Assembly (NCBI GenBank): GCA_963783495.1
Contig: CAWANT010000004.1
Coordinates: 350,198-414,197 of the forward strand
Source: an uncultured Chloroflexia bacterium
Lineage (GTDB): Bacteria > Chloroflexota > Limnocylindria > QHBO01
Length of the DNA stretch: 64,000 bases
Reading direction: 5' to 3'
The notes beneath the pieces are model-generated. The model had not been told where the DNA came from and searched no databases. It worked only from the letters and a program-made list of their open reading frames with translations. The position numbers were made by a program, and so were the translations under genes. Each line of letters begins with the position of its first letter. Positions within the stretch are counted from its first letter, which is position 1. Below are positions 27,550 to 42,548 of this stretch, piece after piece.

Positions 27550-30360
27550 ATGCGCTCGATGTGGGCCGCCGCCTTCCTGCTCCGCCGGCTGCGCGTGGAG
27601 ATCGGGATCGCGCTGCTGATCGTTGGCCTGGTGGCCGCGACCAGCCTGGTCTTCTCCGCGGCGCCGCGGCTGCTCGACCGCGTCTCGGACGACGGGCTGC
27701 GGCATGAGGTCGCGAGCAGCGGTCCGGTGCAGCGCAACCTGCAGCTGTCGACCGTCTCGGTGCTGCCCGCTGCGGAGGGCTCGCTGGACGCCGTCAACGA
27801 GCTGGGCGACGACTTCGCCGACGAGTTCCCGGCGGTGCTGCGCAACGCGATCGCGCGGGCGGCTGCTGGCCTTCACCACGGTGCGCTTCGCCATCGCCGA
27901 CCCGCCGCAGTACACGACCTTCGTCAGCCTGCGCTACCAGTCCGGGCTGGAGGATGCCATCCGCATGACCGATGGGCGGCTGCCGGCCTCGACCGGCGAC
28001 GCCCTGGCCCAGGCCTCGTTCGGGCTGGACCCGTCCGAGGAGCCGCCGCCGCCGGTTCCGCCGGTGTTCGAGATCGCCGTCTCCGATGCCACGGCCGAGG
28101 AGATCGGCGTGGGTGTCGGCGACGTCCTGTTCGGCGCCGCCGATGGCGCCGATCCGCTGCTCGCGTCGCGCCTTCCAGCGCGCGCCGGAGGCGCGCTTCG
28201 AGGTGGTCGGCATCTACCGCGTGACCGATCCTGATGCGGAGGCGTGGTACGGCGACCGCGCGCTGCAGGTCGTGAACATCGGCGGCAGCCTGGACAGCCC
28301 AATCGCCTTCGCCACGGCCCTGGTGGCGCCCGATACGCTCGACGGCCTGGTCACCGGCCAGCTGCCGATCCGCTATCCAGTGGCGCTACCTGGTGGATCC
28401 GGCCCGCCTTGACGCCGGGCAGGAGGCGGAGCTGATCACCGGCCTGCAGCGGCTGGAGACCCAGTTCGAGACGACCAGCAGCGACGCCTCGCTGTCGACC
28501 GGCGTGGTGCTGCGCACCGGGCTGCTGGACATCGTCGAGCGCTACCACGACCAGCGCTCCGCCACGACCGCGGTGCTGTCGGTGGCGGCGATCGGGCCGT
28601 TCGCGCTGGCGGTGGGGGCGATCGGCATGATCGGCATCCTGCTGGTCAGCCGGCGACGGCCGAGCCTGGAGCTGACACGCGGGCGGGGCGCCACCGGCTG
28701 GCTGCTGCTCGGCACCCAGCTGTGGGAAGGACTGCTGCTGGCCGCGCCACCGGCCCTGATCGGCTGGGGGATCGCCAGCCTGATCCTGCCCGGCCGGCCG
28801 AATCTCGCGTCGGCGATCCTGGGGCTGCTCGTCTGCCTGGCCGCCGCCTTCGCGCTGGTGATCGCCACCTGGCCCGCCGTGCGGCGGAGGTACGGCGCCA
28901 ACGATCGGGACGAGGCCCCGCCGCTGCGGCGCCTCACCGCGGCGCCTGGTGCTGGAGGGCACGGCCGTCTTCCTGGCGGTGGCCGGCGCCCTGCTGCTGC
29001 GCCAGCGGGGCCTGGCCGTCGAGGATGAGGAGGTGCGCTTCGACCCGTTCCTGGCCGCGGTGCCGGTGCTGGCCGCGGTGGCGGTGGGAATCGTGCTGCT
29101 GCGGGTCTATCCCTTCCCGATTCGGGCGGGCGGCTGGCTCGCCGCCAAGCGGCGCGACCTGGTGCCGGTGCTGGGGCTGCGCAACGTGGGGCGCCACTCG
29201 GCGGCGGTCGCCCTGCCGCTGCTGGTGCTGATGCTGACCGCCGCCTTCACGGCCTTCGCCTCCGTGGTGAGCGTGACCGTCGACCGAGGACAGCAGGACG
29301 CCTCGTGGCAGGAGGTCGGCGCCGACTACCGGATCGACACGATCTCGGGCGCCGGCCTGTCGAGCCAGATCGACCCCGAGGCGGCCGACGGGGTGGAGGC
29401 GTGGGCCGACGCGCTGGTGGACGTGGCGGCGCCGTTCGAGGGTCAGTCGAACCAGCGCACCAACATCTACCTGCACGCGCCGGACGTGGCAACGTACCCC
29501 GCCGTGGTGGAGGACAGCCCGGCTCCGGTCGACCTGCCGGCCGAGATGGTCGAGGAAGCGGATCCGAGCGCGGGCACGCCCGAGCGCCCGATCCCGGCCA
29601 TCATCTCGCGCCGCCTGCCGGGCGGCAGCCTCGCCGTTCAATCCCGGCGACACCTTCGTGCTCACCGTCCGCGGCCAGCCGATGACGATGGAGGTGGTCC
29701 AGGTACGCGAGACCTTCGCCGGCATTCCGCCGGAGACCGCCTTCGTGGTCGCCTCCTTCGAGCAGCTGGCCGCCGCCTACCGGAACCCACCGCTGCTGCC
29801 GTCCGCCGTGCTGCTGCGCGGGCCGGAGTCGATCGAGCAGGACATCGCCACCACCTTCACCGAGCAATCGGCGTCGGTGCGCTTCACCTCGCGCCACGCG
29901 GTGTATCGGGACCATGCTGGAGGCGCCGCTGGTGGCGGCCATCGGCGACGGCTTCCGGCTGACGATGCTGGTGTCGGCCTGCTACACGGCCATCGCCGTG
30001 ATCGCCGCCTTGACGCTGTCGGCTGCGAGGCGCCGTCGAGAGGAGGCGCTGCTGCGTACGCTTGGCCTGAGCGGTGGCCAGTCGCTGTGGCTGACGGTGG
30101 TGGAGCACGCCCCCGTCGGTCTTCCTGGCCGTGCTGCCGGGCCTGGCACTCGGGATCGGCATCGCCTACCTGCTGGCGCCAGGGATGGGCCTGTCCGCCT
30201 TTGCCGGTGGCGGCACGCTTGGGCCTGCGCATCGACTGGTGGGTGGTGGGGCTGGTGAGCCTGGCGCTGGCCGGGGTGGTGGCGCTGGCGATCGGCATCG
30301 GCACGCTGGACGGCGCGCCGCGCCCGCGCAGCGGACGCGCTGCGCTTCGGCGACGATTGA
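27550..30360 (+). CDS. second giant FtsX/MacB-type ABC permease (~935 codons), about 8 or more frame breaks
   Basis: The start lies 4 nt after the upstream stop. Fragments are ORFs 27550..28224, 27623..28234, 27972..28412, 28393..29028, 28949..29962, 29658.., 29914..30258 and 30131... FtsX segments include ..RRPSLELTRGRGATGWLLLGTQLWEGLLLA.. and ..RRREEALLRTLGLSGGQSLWLTVVEH.. The tail is ALRFGDD* (stop 30358-30360). Confidence 0.7.
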
Positions 30361-30380
30361 GCGAGCACACGAGGACCGGC

Positions 30381-31361
30381 ATGACCGATCAGATCAGCGA
30401 CATCGTCGACCTGCAGCCCGGCGAGCAGGTGGGAGTCGAGCCGCAGCGTGCCCGCGTCATGGCCGGCGACGAGGCGCTGATCGTGTGCGACAACCTGGTG
30501 AAGATCTACAAGGTCGCCGACCTGGAGGTGGTGGCGCTGCAGGGGCTTGACCTGTTGGTCGAGCGCGGCGAGTTCATCGCCCTGGTCGGCGCCTCGGGCA
30601 GCGGCAAGAGCACGCTCCTCAACATCCTGGGCGGGCTGGACGTCCCGTCTGCCGGACGCGCCACGGTGGCCGGGCACCACCTGGGCGAGATGGACGCCAA
30701 GGAGCGGACCGGCTACCGGCGCCGGGTGATCGGCTTCGTCTGGCAGCAGTCGGCCAGGAACCTGCTGCCGTACCTGACCGCCGCCGAGAACGTGGAGCTG
30801 CCGATGCTGCTGGAGGGCGTGGCGCCGGGCGACCGCCAGTCGCGCGCCACGCAGCTGCTGGAGCTGGTTGGGCTGGGAGAGCGCGGCGACCACCGTCCGG
30901 ATCGCCTCTCCGGCGGCGAGCAGCAGCGCGTCTCGATCGCCGTGGCCATCGCCAACCGGCCGGCGGTGCTGTTCGCCGATGAGCCGACGGGCGAGCTCGA
31001 CTCGGACACCGCCCAGCAGATCTTCGACCTGCTGCGATCGGTGAACACGGAGCTGGGCGTGACGATCGTGGTCGTCACCCACGATCCGCTGGTCAGCGAG
31101 CGGGTCAGCCGCACCATCGCCATCCGGGATGGGCGCACCGCCACCGAGACGCTGCGTCGCGCCGCGGTGTCGGAGGCCGGTGAGCATCACCTGGTGGCGG
31201 AGGAGTACGCGGTCCTCGACCGCGTTGGCCGCCTGCAGCTGCCGCGCGACTACGTCGACGCCCTGGGCCTGCAGCGCCGCGTGCGCCTGGTGCTGGAAGA
31301 CGACCACATCACGGTCTGGCCCGACCGCGACGGCGATGATGGCGTCGGAGGTGCCCGATGA
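30381..31361 (+). CDS. MacB/LolD-type ABC ATPase with a C-terminal extension of ~90 aa resembling an AbrB/SpoVT swapped-hairpin domain
   Basis: The ORF portion is intact. Motifs: Walker A GASGSGKST, signature LSGGEQQR, Walker B VLFADEPTGELD. These are followed by ..AVLDRVGRLQLPRDYVDALGLQRRVRLVLEDDHITVWPD.. Confidence 0.85.
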   Translation: MTDQISDIVDLQPGEQVGVEPQRARVMAGDEALIVCDNLVKIYKVADLEVVALQGLDLLVERGEFIALVGASGSGKSTLLNILGGLDVPSAGRATVAGHHLGEMDAKERTGYRRRVIGFVWQQSARNLLPYLTAAENVELPMLLEGVAPGDRQSRATQLLELVGLGERGDHRPDRLSGGEQQRVSIAVAIANRPAVLFADEPTGELDSDTAQQIFDLLRSVNTELGVTIVVVTHDPLVSERVSRTIAIRDGRTATETLRRAAVSEAGEHHLVAEEYAVLDRVGRLQLPRDYVDALGLQRRVRLVLEDDHITVWPDRDGDDGVGGAR

Positions 31362-32114
31362 GCGACGGCCGCGACGGCGTCGAGCTACGCCCCGCCGGGG
31401 ACGCCATCGTCCGATGGCCCGATGGTCGACGCGCAGGGCCTCGTCCGCGAGTACGCGATGGGCGGCGGCGTGGTGCGCGCCGTGGGTGGCATCGACCTCC
31501 GGGTCGAGCGCGGCGCGCTGATCGCGGTCAAGGGCCGCTCGGGATCCGGCAAGACCACGCTGCTGTCGCTGATCGGCGCCCTCGAGCGACCCAGCGCGGG
31601 CAGCGTGGTGGTCGACGGCCTGACCGTGTCCGACCTGTCCGAATCGGAGCTGGTCGCCTTCCGCCGCAAGCGCATCGGCTTCATCTTCCAGGCCTTCGGC
31701 CTGCTGCCGATCTTGTCGGCGACCGAGAACGTCGAGGTGCCGCTGCGGCTGATCGGGGCGGAGCCGACGCTGCGCGAGGAGCGGATCAGGGAGCTGCTGG
31801 GCCTGGTGGGCCTGGCGGATCGGGCCAACCATCGGCCGCACGAGCTGTCGGGTGGCGAGCAGCAGCGGGTTGCCATCGCCCGCGCGCTGGCCAACGAGCC
31901 GGCGCTGCTGCTGGCCGATGAACCAACCGGTCAGCTGGACTCGCAGACCGGCCACGGGATCATGGGTCTGCTGCGGCGCCTGGTGCGCCAGCGGGGCGTG
32001 ACCGCCATCGTGGCCACGCACGATCCGGCCATGCTCGACGTCGCCGACCGGGTGATCGAGCTGCGCGACGGGGTGGTGCTGGCCGACAGCGCCGCCTCGA
32101 ACGGCGCCGGCTGA
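31358..32114 (+). CDS. MacB/LolD-type ABC ATPase (second copy), one frame break near the 5' end
   Basis: The ATG at 31358 overlaps the upstream TGA (ATGA). The clean ORF runs from 31422. Motifs: Walker A GRSGSGKTT, signature LSGGEQQR, Walker B LLLADEPTGQLD. Confidence 0.85.
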
Positions 32115-32190
32115 CTTCCCCAGGCGGTGGCACGCGACGTGCACCCCGATGCGGAAGATCAACAGATACTGCCGAGGGGGGCACACGGAT

Positions 32191-32582
32191 ATGGCCGGTC
32201 GAGATGATCCAACCGAGCGTCCGCCGCCACGCGCATTCGTGATCGAGGACGACGTGCAGACGCTGGCCCTGCTGACCGACCTGGCCGAGATGTGCGGCTT
32301 CGAGCCGGTTTCGTTCACGCGCATCTCATCGGCACGGGCCGCGCTTCGGGAGCGCGTGCCGACCGTCATGGTGGTCGACGACGACCTCCCCGACGGCCGC
32401 GGCGGCGACCTCGTGACGCGAGGTCCGGGCCAACCCGCGCACCAGCCACGTGCGGGTGGTCTTCTGCACCGCCGCGGATTCGAGCGCGTCGCCGCGAGAT
32501 CGCGCTGCTGGCGCCGGTGATCCAGAAGCCGTTCCGGGTGCGCGACGTGGAGCGCGCCCTGCACGAGGCCGCGACCGGCTGA
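32191..32582 (+). CDS. stand-alone CheY-like response-regulator receiver domain, about 2 frame breaks
   Basis: AFVIEDDVQTLALL..VMVVDDDLPDGRGGDLV is in ORF 32149..32520. ..RVVFCTAADS.. follows, and the tail APVIQKPFRVRDVERALHEAATG* is in ORF 32292..32582. Confidence 0.7.
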
Positions 32583-32626
32583 GCCTTCTCCGGCGTGCGC
32601 TCGGCCGCGTACCCTCTGGCCGTCAC

Positions 32627-33848
32627 ATGGCGACGGCCGATCTCACCGCCCTGATCCTGACCAACGAGTACCCGCCCTCCGTCTACGGCGGCGCGGGGAT
32701 TCACGTTGGCGAGCTGACGCGCGCGCTGCGCGAACGCATCGGCCTGGACATCCGGACCTTCGGCGACGACGAGACCGACGAGCCGCGCTTCCGCGTCCGC
32801 GGCTATCCGCCGGCCCACGACCTGGCGCGTGGCCGACGAGCGGATGCGCGGCGCCTGGGCGGCCCTTTCGCGCGACCTGGCCATGGCGATCGACCCGGTC
32901 GACCGCCGACGTCGTGCACTGCCACACCTGGTACACCCACCTGGCCGGCCTGCTGGTGCGCGCAGGCGTACGGCATCCCGCTGGCGGTCACGGTGCATTC
33001 GCTGGAGCCGCTGCGGCCGTGGAAGCGCGAGCAGCTGGGCGGCGGCTACGACGTCTCGACCTGGGTCGAGCGGCAGGCGCTGGAGTCGGCCGACGCGGTC
33101 ATCGCCGTCAGCCAGGGCACCCGCGCCGACGTGCTGCGCCTGTTCGACGTCGCCGAGGAGCGGATCCACGTCATCCACAACGGCATCGACGCCGGGTTCT
33201 GGCAGCCCGATCCCGGCCACCGACGTGCTGGAGCGCTACGGCGTCGACCCATCCACGCCGTTCGTCCTGTTCGTGGGCCGCGTCACGCGCCAGAAGGGGA
33301 TCGTCCACCTGGTGCGGGCCATCCAGCACCTGGACCCGGGCTTCGGCGTGGTGCTGTGCGCCGGCCAGCCGGATACGCCGGAGATCGCGCGCGAGATGGA
33401 GGAGGGCGTGGAGGCGGCGCGGGCGCATCGGTCCGGCGTCACCTGGATCCCCGAGATGCTGAGCCGCAGCGACGTGCGGCAGCTCTACTCGCATGCGGCG
33501 CTGTTCGTGTGCCCATCGGTCTACGAGCCGTTCGGGATCATCAACCTGGAGGCCATGGCCTGCGAGCGGCCGGTGGTGGCCAGTGCGGTGGGCGGCATCC
33601 CGGAGGTGGTGGTCGACGGCGAGACCGGGGTCCTGGTGCCGGTCGAGCTTCGCGCGGATGACCCGATGACGCCGGTCGACCCGGCGCGTTTCGAGGCCGA
33701 CCTGGCTGATGCGGTGAACCGCCTGATGGCCGATGCGTCCCTGCGCGAGCGGATGGGTCGGGCCGGGCGAGGACGGGCGGTGGAGCGCTTCAGCTGGTCG
33801 GCGATCGCCGACCAGACGGTGGAGCTGTACCGGTCGCTCATCGGGTGA
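32627..33848 (+). CDS. glgA: GT4 glycogen synthase (actinobacterial GlgA type), several frame breaks
   Basis: ATG at 32627. MATADLTALILTNEYPPSVYGGAGIHVGELTRAL.. is in ORF 32450..33661. The C-terminal half ..FVGRVTRQKGIVHL..EPFGIINLEAMACERPVVASAVGGIPEVV.. is in ORF 32829..33848. Confidence 0.75.
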
Positions 33849-33868
33849 TCGGGTAGCATCGGCCTCCC

Positions 33869-34690
33869 ATGGCCAGCCCACCCCGAGCGCCGCTGCGCCC
33901 GACAACCTCGCGTCCGTCCGCCGGCAACGGGCCGGTGCTGATCGCGCGCGACCTGCGCAAGAAGTACGGGACGCTGCAGGCGGTCGACGGCGTCAGCTTC
34001 GAGGTGGCCAGCGGCGAGGTGTTCGGCATCCTGGGGCCGAACGGCGCGGGCAAGACCACGACCCTCGAGATGATCGAGGGCATGCGCACCATCGACTCCG
34101 GCAGCGCCACGGTCGCCGGACATCGACGTCGCCAAGGACCCGCGCGGGGTGAAGTCGCGGATCGGCATCCAGCTGCAGGCCTCCAGCTTCTTCGACGAGC
34201 TGAGCCTGGTGGAGCTGCTGCGAGCTGTTCGGCCGCCTGTACGGCGTGCGATGCCGACGCCATGGCCCTGCTGGCCGAGGTGGAGCTGACCGAGAAGGCC
34301 AAGTCCCAGGTCCGCACCCTGTCCGGCGGCCAGAAGCAGCGCTTCAGCATCGCCGCCGCGCTGGTCAACGACCCGGCCATCCTGTTCCTGGACGAGCCGA
34401 CCACGGGCCTCGATCCGCAGGCGCGCCGCCACCTGTGGGGCGTGGTGCGGGAGCTCGCCGAGCGCGGCCACACCATCGTCCTGACCACCCACTACATGGA
34501 GGAGGCGGAGGAGCTCTGCCACCGGGTGGCGATCATGGACGGCGGCAAGATCATCGCCCTGGACACGCCGGACGCCCTGATCGACGCACTCATCGGTCGC
34601 GGCTTCACCAAGGAGCGGGTCGAGCGGCTGGCCAACCTGGAGGACGTCTTCATCGACCTGACCGGGCACGACCTCCGGGAGGACGAGTAG
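33869..34690 (+). CDS. ABC transporter ATP-binding protein (DrrA/ABC-2 partner type). The ORF is open, but a central stretch is out of frame
   Basis: Motifs: Walker A GPNGAGKTT, signature LSGGQKQR, Walker B ILFLDEPTTGLD. Between about 34120 and 34250 the expected DIDVAKDPRGVKSRIGIQLQASSFFDELSLVELL / ELFGRLYGV is only readable in the other two frames. Confidence 0.8.
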   Translation: MASPPRAPLRPTTSRPSAGNGPVLIARDLRKKYGTLQAVDGVSFEVASGEVFGILGPNGAGKTTTLEMIEGMRTIDSGSATVAGHRRRQGPARGEVADRHPAAGLQLLRRAEPGGAAASCSAACTACDADAMALLAEVELTEKAKSQVRTLSGGQKQRFSIAAALVNDPAILFLDEPTTGLDPQARRHLWGVVRELAERGHTIVLTTHYMEEAEELCHRVAIMDGGKIIALDTPDALIDALIGRGFTKERVERLANLEDVFIDLTGHDLREDE

Positions 34691-34695
34691 ATCCG

Positions 34696-35792
34696 ATGCG
34701 CTTCGGCGTCTACTGGGCCCTCTTCGTCGCCAGCTTCAAGATGTTCGTCCGCAACCGAGGGGCGCTGTTCTTCAGCCTGGTGGTGCCGCTGGTGATCATG
34801 CTGATCTTCGGCGTCCTCAACTTCGGCGGCACCACCCAGGTCGCGCTGGGCGTGGTCGACGAGGCCAACAACGAGGCGAGCGCCGCCCTGGTGGAGGTGC
34901 TCGGGCAGACCGACGCCTTCGAGGTCGAGCAGGGGAACCGCGAGGACGAGCTGCACGAGCTGGAGGAGGGCGATCGCGACCTCGTCCTGGTCATCCCGGA
35001 GGGATTCACCGTCCCGCCCAGCCAGCGCCGCCGATGCGCAGCTGGTGGCATACAGCAATGCCGCCGCGCAGCCGCAGCAGGCACAGGTCGGCAGCCTGCT
35101 GCTGAACGCGGTGGTCGGGCAGATGCTGCTCAGCGCCGGAGACCCGAACGCACCCGCCGGCCCGCTGGTCTCGACGGAGGAGCTGCCCGGGCGCGAGCCT
35201 CGGCTACATCGACTTCCTGGTGCCGGGCATGGTGGCGCTGACCATCATGCAGCTGGGCATCTTCAGCGTGGCCTTCGGCTTCGTCCAGCTGAAGCGCACC
35301 GGTGCGCTGCGACGCCTGTTCGCCACGCCCACCAGCCCCACCTACTTCCTGGGCGCGCAGGTCACCAGCCGCCTGATCATCGGCGAGGCGCAGGTGCTGA
35401 TCCTGCTCGGCATCGGCCTGTGGTTCGGCCTGCAGCTGGTCGGCTCGGTGGCGCTGCTGCTGGCGGTGGCGGCGCTGGGCTCGATCGTCTTCCTGGCGAT
35501 GGGCTTCGGCGTCGCCGGCTGGGCCAAGAACGAGGACCAGGCGGCGCCGGTGGCCAACCTGATCAGCCTGCCGATGACCTTCCTGTCCGGCGTCTTCTTC
35601 CCGCGCGAGGCGATGCCGGACGTCCTGCAGCGCATCACCGACTTCCTGCCGCTGACCTACCTGGCCGATGCGCTGCGCAAGATCACCAACGACGGCGCCG
35701 GCGTGGCCGAGATCAGCCAGGACCTGCTGGGCATGACGGTGTGGGCGGTGATCGCCTTCCTGATCGCGCTCCGCCTCTTCCGCTGGGAGTGA
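34696..35792 (+). CDS. ABC-2 type transporter permease, about 2 frame breaks
   Basis: ATG at 34696 (MRFGVYWALFVASFKMFVRNRGALFFSLVVPL..). The C-terminal part is in ORF 35220..35792 (..FATPTSPTYFLGAQVTSRLIIG..). Confidence 0.7.
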
Positions 35793-35800
35793 CCTGAGGC

Positions 35801-36169
35801 TCAGTTCAGGCCCGGAATCTCGACCTCGATCAGCGGACTGCTGGTCATCATCAGGTCGACGTCGGTGCGGCCCCAGTTGGCCGCCACCTGCTCCATGATC
35901 CGGCGGCGCTCGGCCGGCTCGGTGATCTCGTGGGCGGTGGCGGGCAGGTCGGCCTTGACCGGACCCTTGAGGTGGAAGGTGACGTCCGGATCGGCCTTGA
36001 TGTTGGCCAGCCAGCTGCGCGGGAAGCCCGGCATGCCGCTGATGTAGAGATGGCCGTCGATGGGGTGGAAGACCAGCTCGATCCGCCGCGACTGCCCTGA
36101 CTTGCGGCCGGTGGTGGTCAGGTCGATGAGGTGCCCGCGCGACAGGGCTCGGCGGATGCGATCGTCCAT
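35801..36169 (-). CDS. nitroreductase-family deazaflavin (F420)-dependent oxidoreductase (DUF385/Ddn-like)
   Basis: ATG at 36169. Intact 122 aa with DLTTTGRKSGQSRRIELVFHPIDGHLYISG.., typical of the Ddn family. Confidence 0.8.
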   Translation of the reverse strand: MDDRIRRALSRGHLIDLTTTGRKSGQSRRIELVFHPIDGHLYISGMPGFPRSWLANIKADPDVTFHLKGPVKADLPATAHEITEPAERRRIMEQVAANWGRTDVDLMMTSSPLIEVEIPGLN

Positions 36170-36287
36170 GCGCTCATTGTAGTTGCATGCGCAACTATCT
36201 GCCACACGACTGCCGGCATTCGGCATTTCAAGACAGAATCTGTCATGAACTGGTGCCATCCTCGGAGGCCGATAGACTGGCGATGCC

Positions 36288-40813
<4,526 letters not shown>

Positions 40814-40943
40814 TGCAATCGCGGGAATCGCTGCCCGGCTCCTCCGGGACAAGAACTACATTACGGGCCGGGAGCCGACCCGCCAACCCACTTGTCCACG
40901 AAATTCGCAGCGACATGGCCAGGTTGTCCACGCCCCGTCCACA

Positions 40944-42502
40944 TCATCCGAGCTGCACCGTCTCGCGGTAGCTCGGGACGTGGACGTCCAGGCCGAGCTC
41001 GCGCCGCAGGCGCTCGGCGAAGGGCGCGGTGGCATCGGGGTCGCCATGGACCAGGAAGACGCGCTTCGGCCGTGCCGCTGGGGCATCGGTACCGGAGGCT
41101 TCGGCTCCGGTGGCTGATCCGGCGAAGTGCGCCAGCCAGGCCGTCAGCTCGTTGACGTCGGCATGCGCCGAGAAGCCGGAGATCGAGACGACCTTGCAGC
41201 GCACCGTCGTACTCAGCGTGGTCGATGCGCGCCGTCTTGCCGCCGGTCTGCAGGTGCCGGCCCAGCGTTCCTTCCGCCTGATAGCCGATGAACAGCAGCG
41301 TGCAGGCCGGATCGGGCAGGAAGTCCTTGAGGTGGTGCATGACCCGGCCGCCGGTCAGCATGCCGGAGCTGGCGACGACCATGATCGGGCGCGGCTGGTC
41401 GCGGATCGCCTTCGACTGATCGACCGCGTTGGTGTACTGCTCGCCGGGATAGGCCAGCGGCGAGTCGCCGGAGCGCAGCAGCGTGGCGGTCTCCTCGTCG
41501 TAGACCTCCGGGTGGCGCAGGTAGACGTCGGACGCGCGCGAGGCCATCGGCGAGTCCAGGTAGAGCGGCACATGCGGGATGCGCCCGTCGCGCAGCAGCT
41601 CGTCCAGGACCCACACCAGCTCCTGGGTCCGGCCGATCGCGAAGGACGGCACCAGCATCACGCCGCGGCTGCCGGCCACCTCGTTGATGGTCGCCGCCAG
41701 CTGCTCAACCGCAGCCTCGTGGTCGGCGTGCTCCCGGTTGCCGTAGGTCGACTCGGCCAGCACGAAGTCGGCGTGGGTGAGCGGCGTCGGGTCGGCCACG
41801 ATCGGGGTGTTGCTGCGCCCGAGGTCGCCGGAGAAGACGACCGTGGTGGTCGCGTCGCCGTCGGTCACGCGCAGCTCGATGATGGCCGAGCCCAGGATGT
41901 GCCCCGCGTCATGGAAGATGGCGTGGACGCCGGGCGCCACCTCCGTCATCTCGCCGTAGCGCACGGCGCGGAACTGGCGGACGGTCTGGTCCACGTCGCG
42001 CTCGTCGTACAGCGCCGCCTGGGTCATGGTCATGCCCTGCGGCGGGGCCGTGCGAATCCGCTCGGGCAGCGCCTCGTCGTCCTTGGGCGGCTGCCTCCGC
42101 CGCGGCCTCCTCCGACTGCAGGTCGGCGTCGCCGGCCGCCGCCTGCTCCGGATGCTTGCGGCGCCATCGGGCCTCCGCCTCGGCCTGCAGCTTGGCGGCG
42201 TCGCGCAGCACGATCTCGGCCAGGTCGGCCGTGGCGGCGGTGGTGACGATCGGCCCGTGATAGCCCGCCCGCACGAGCGCCGGGAATCGCGACCGCAGTG
42301 GTCCAGGTGCGCGTGGGTGAGCAGCAGCGCGTCCAGCTCGGCCGGCCTCGAAGGCGAACGGGATCCGGTTGCGGCTCACCTCCTCCGGCGAGCCCTGGAA
42401 CATGCCGCAGTCGACCAGCACGGCGGCGTTCGCGGTGCGGACCAGGAACTGCGAGCCGGTGACGGTGCCCACGGCACCCAGGAACTGAAGGCTGATCCCC
42501 AT
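40944..42502 (-). CDS. MBL-fold beta-CASP nuclease (RNA/DNA-metabolising metallo-beta-lactamase), about 4 frame breaks
   Basis: MGISLQFLGAVGTVTGSQFLV.. starts at ATG 42502. ELDALLLTHAHLDHC (HxHxDH) is readable at about 42290-42335 in another frame. The beta-CASP body is in ORF 40861..42033. Motif C ISGFSAHAD and the tail are in ORF 40944..41204. Confidence 0.8.
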
Positions 42503-42548
42503 GGCGGGCCGGAGTATGGCCGATGGCGCCGCGTATCATCGGTCGCCT

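Noticed and set aside
25422-27845. Very long minus-strand ORFs antisense to conserved genes. Examples: 25422..27845 (807 aa), 29982..32564 (860 aa), 43634..45442 (602 aa), 17054..18616 (520 aa), 5889..7055 (388 aa) and 53494..54750 (418 aa).
   Set aside because: All are Arg/Ala/Gly/Pro-rich with no motifs. Each lies opposite a gene with clear family signatures. Extreme GC content removes stop codons from non-coding frames, so ORF length is not evidence here.
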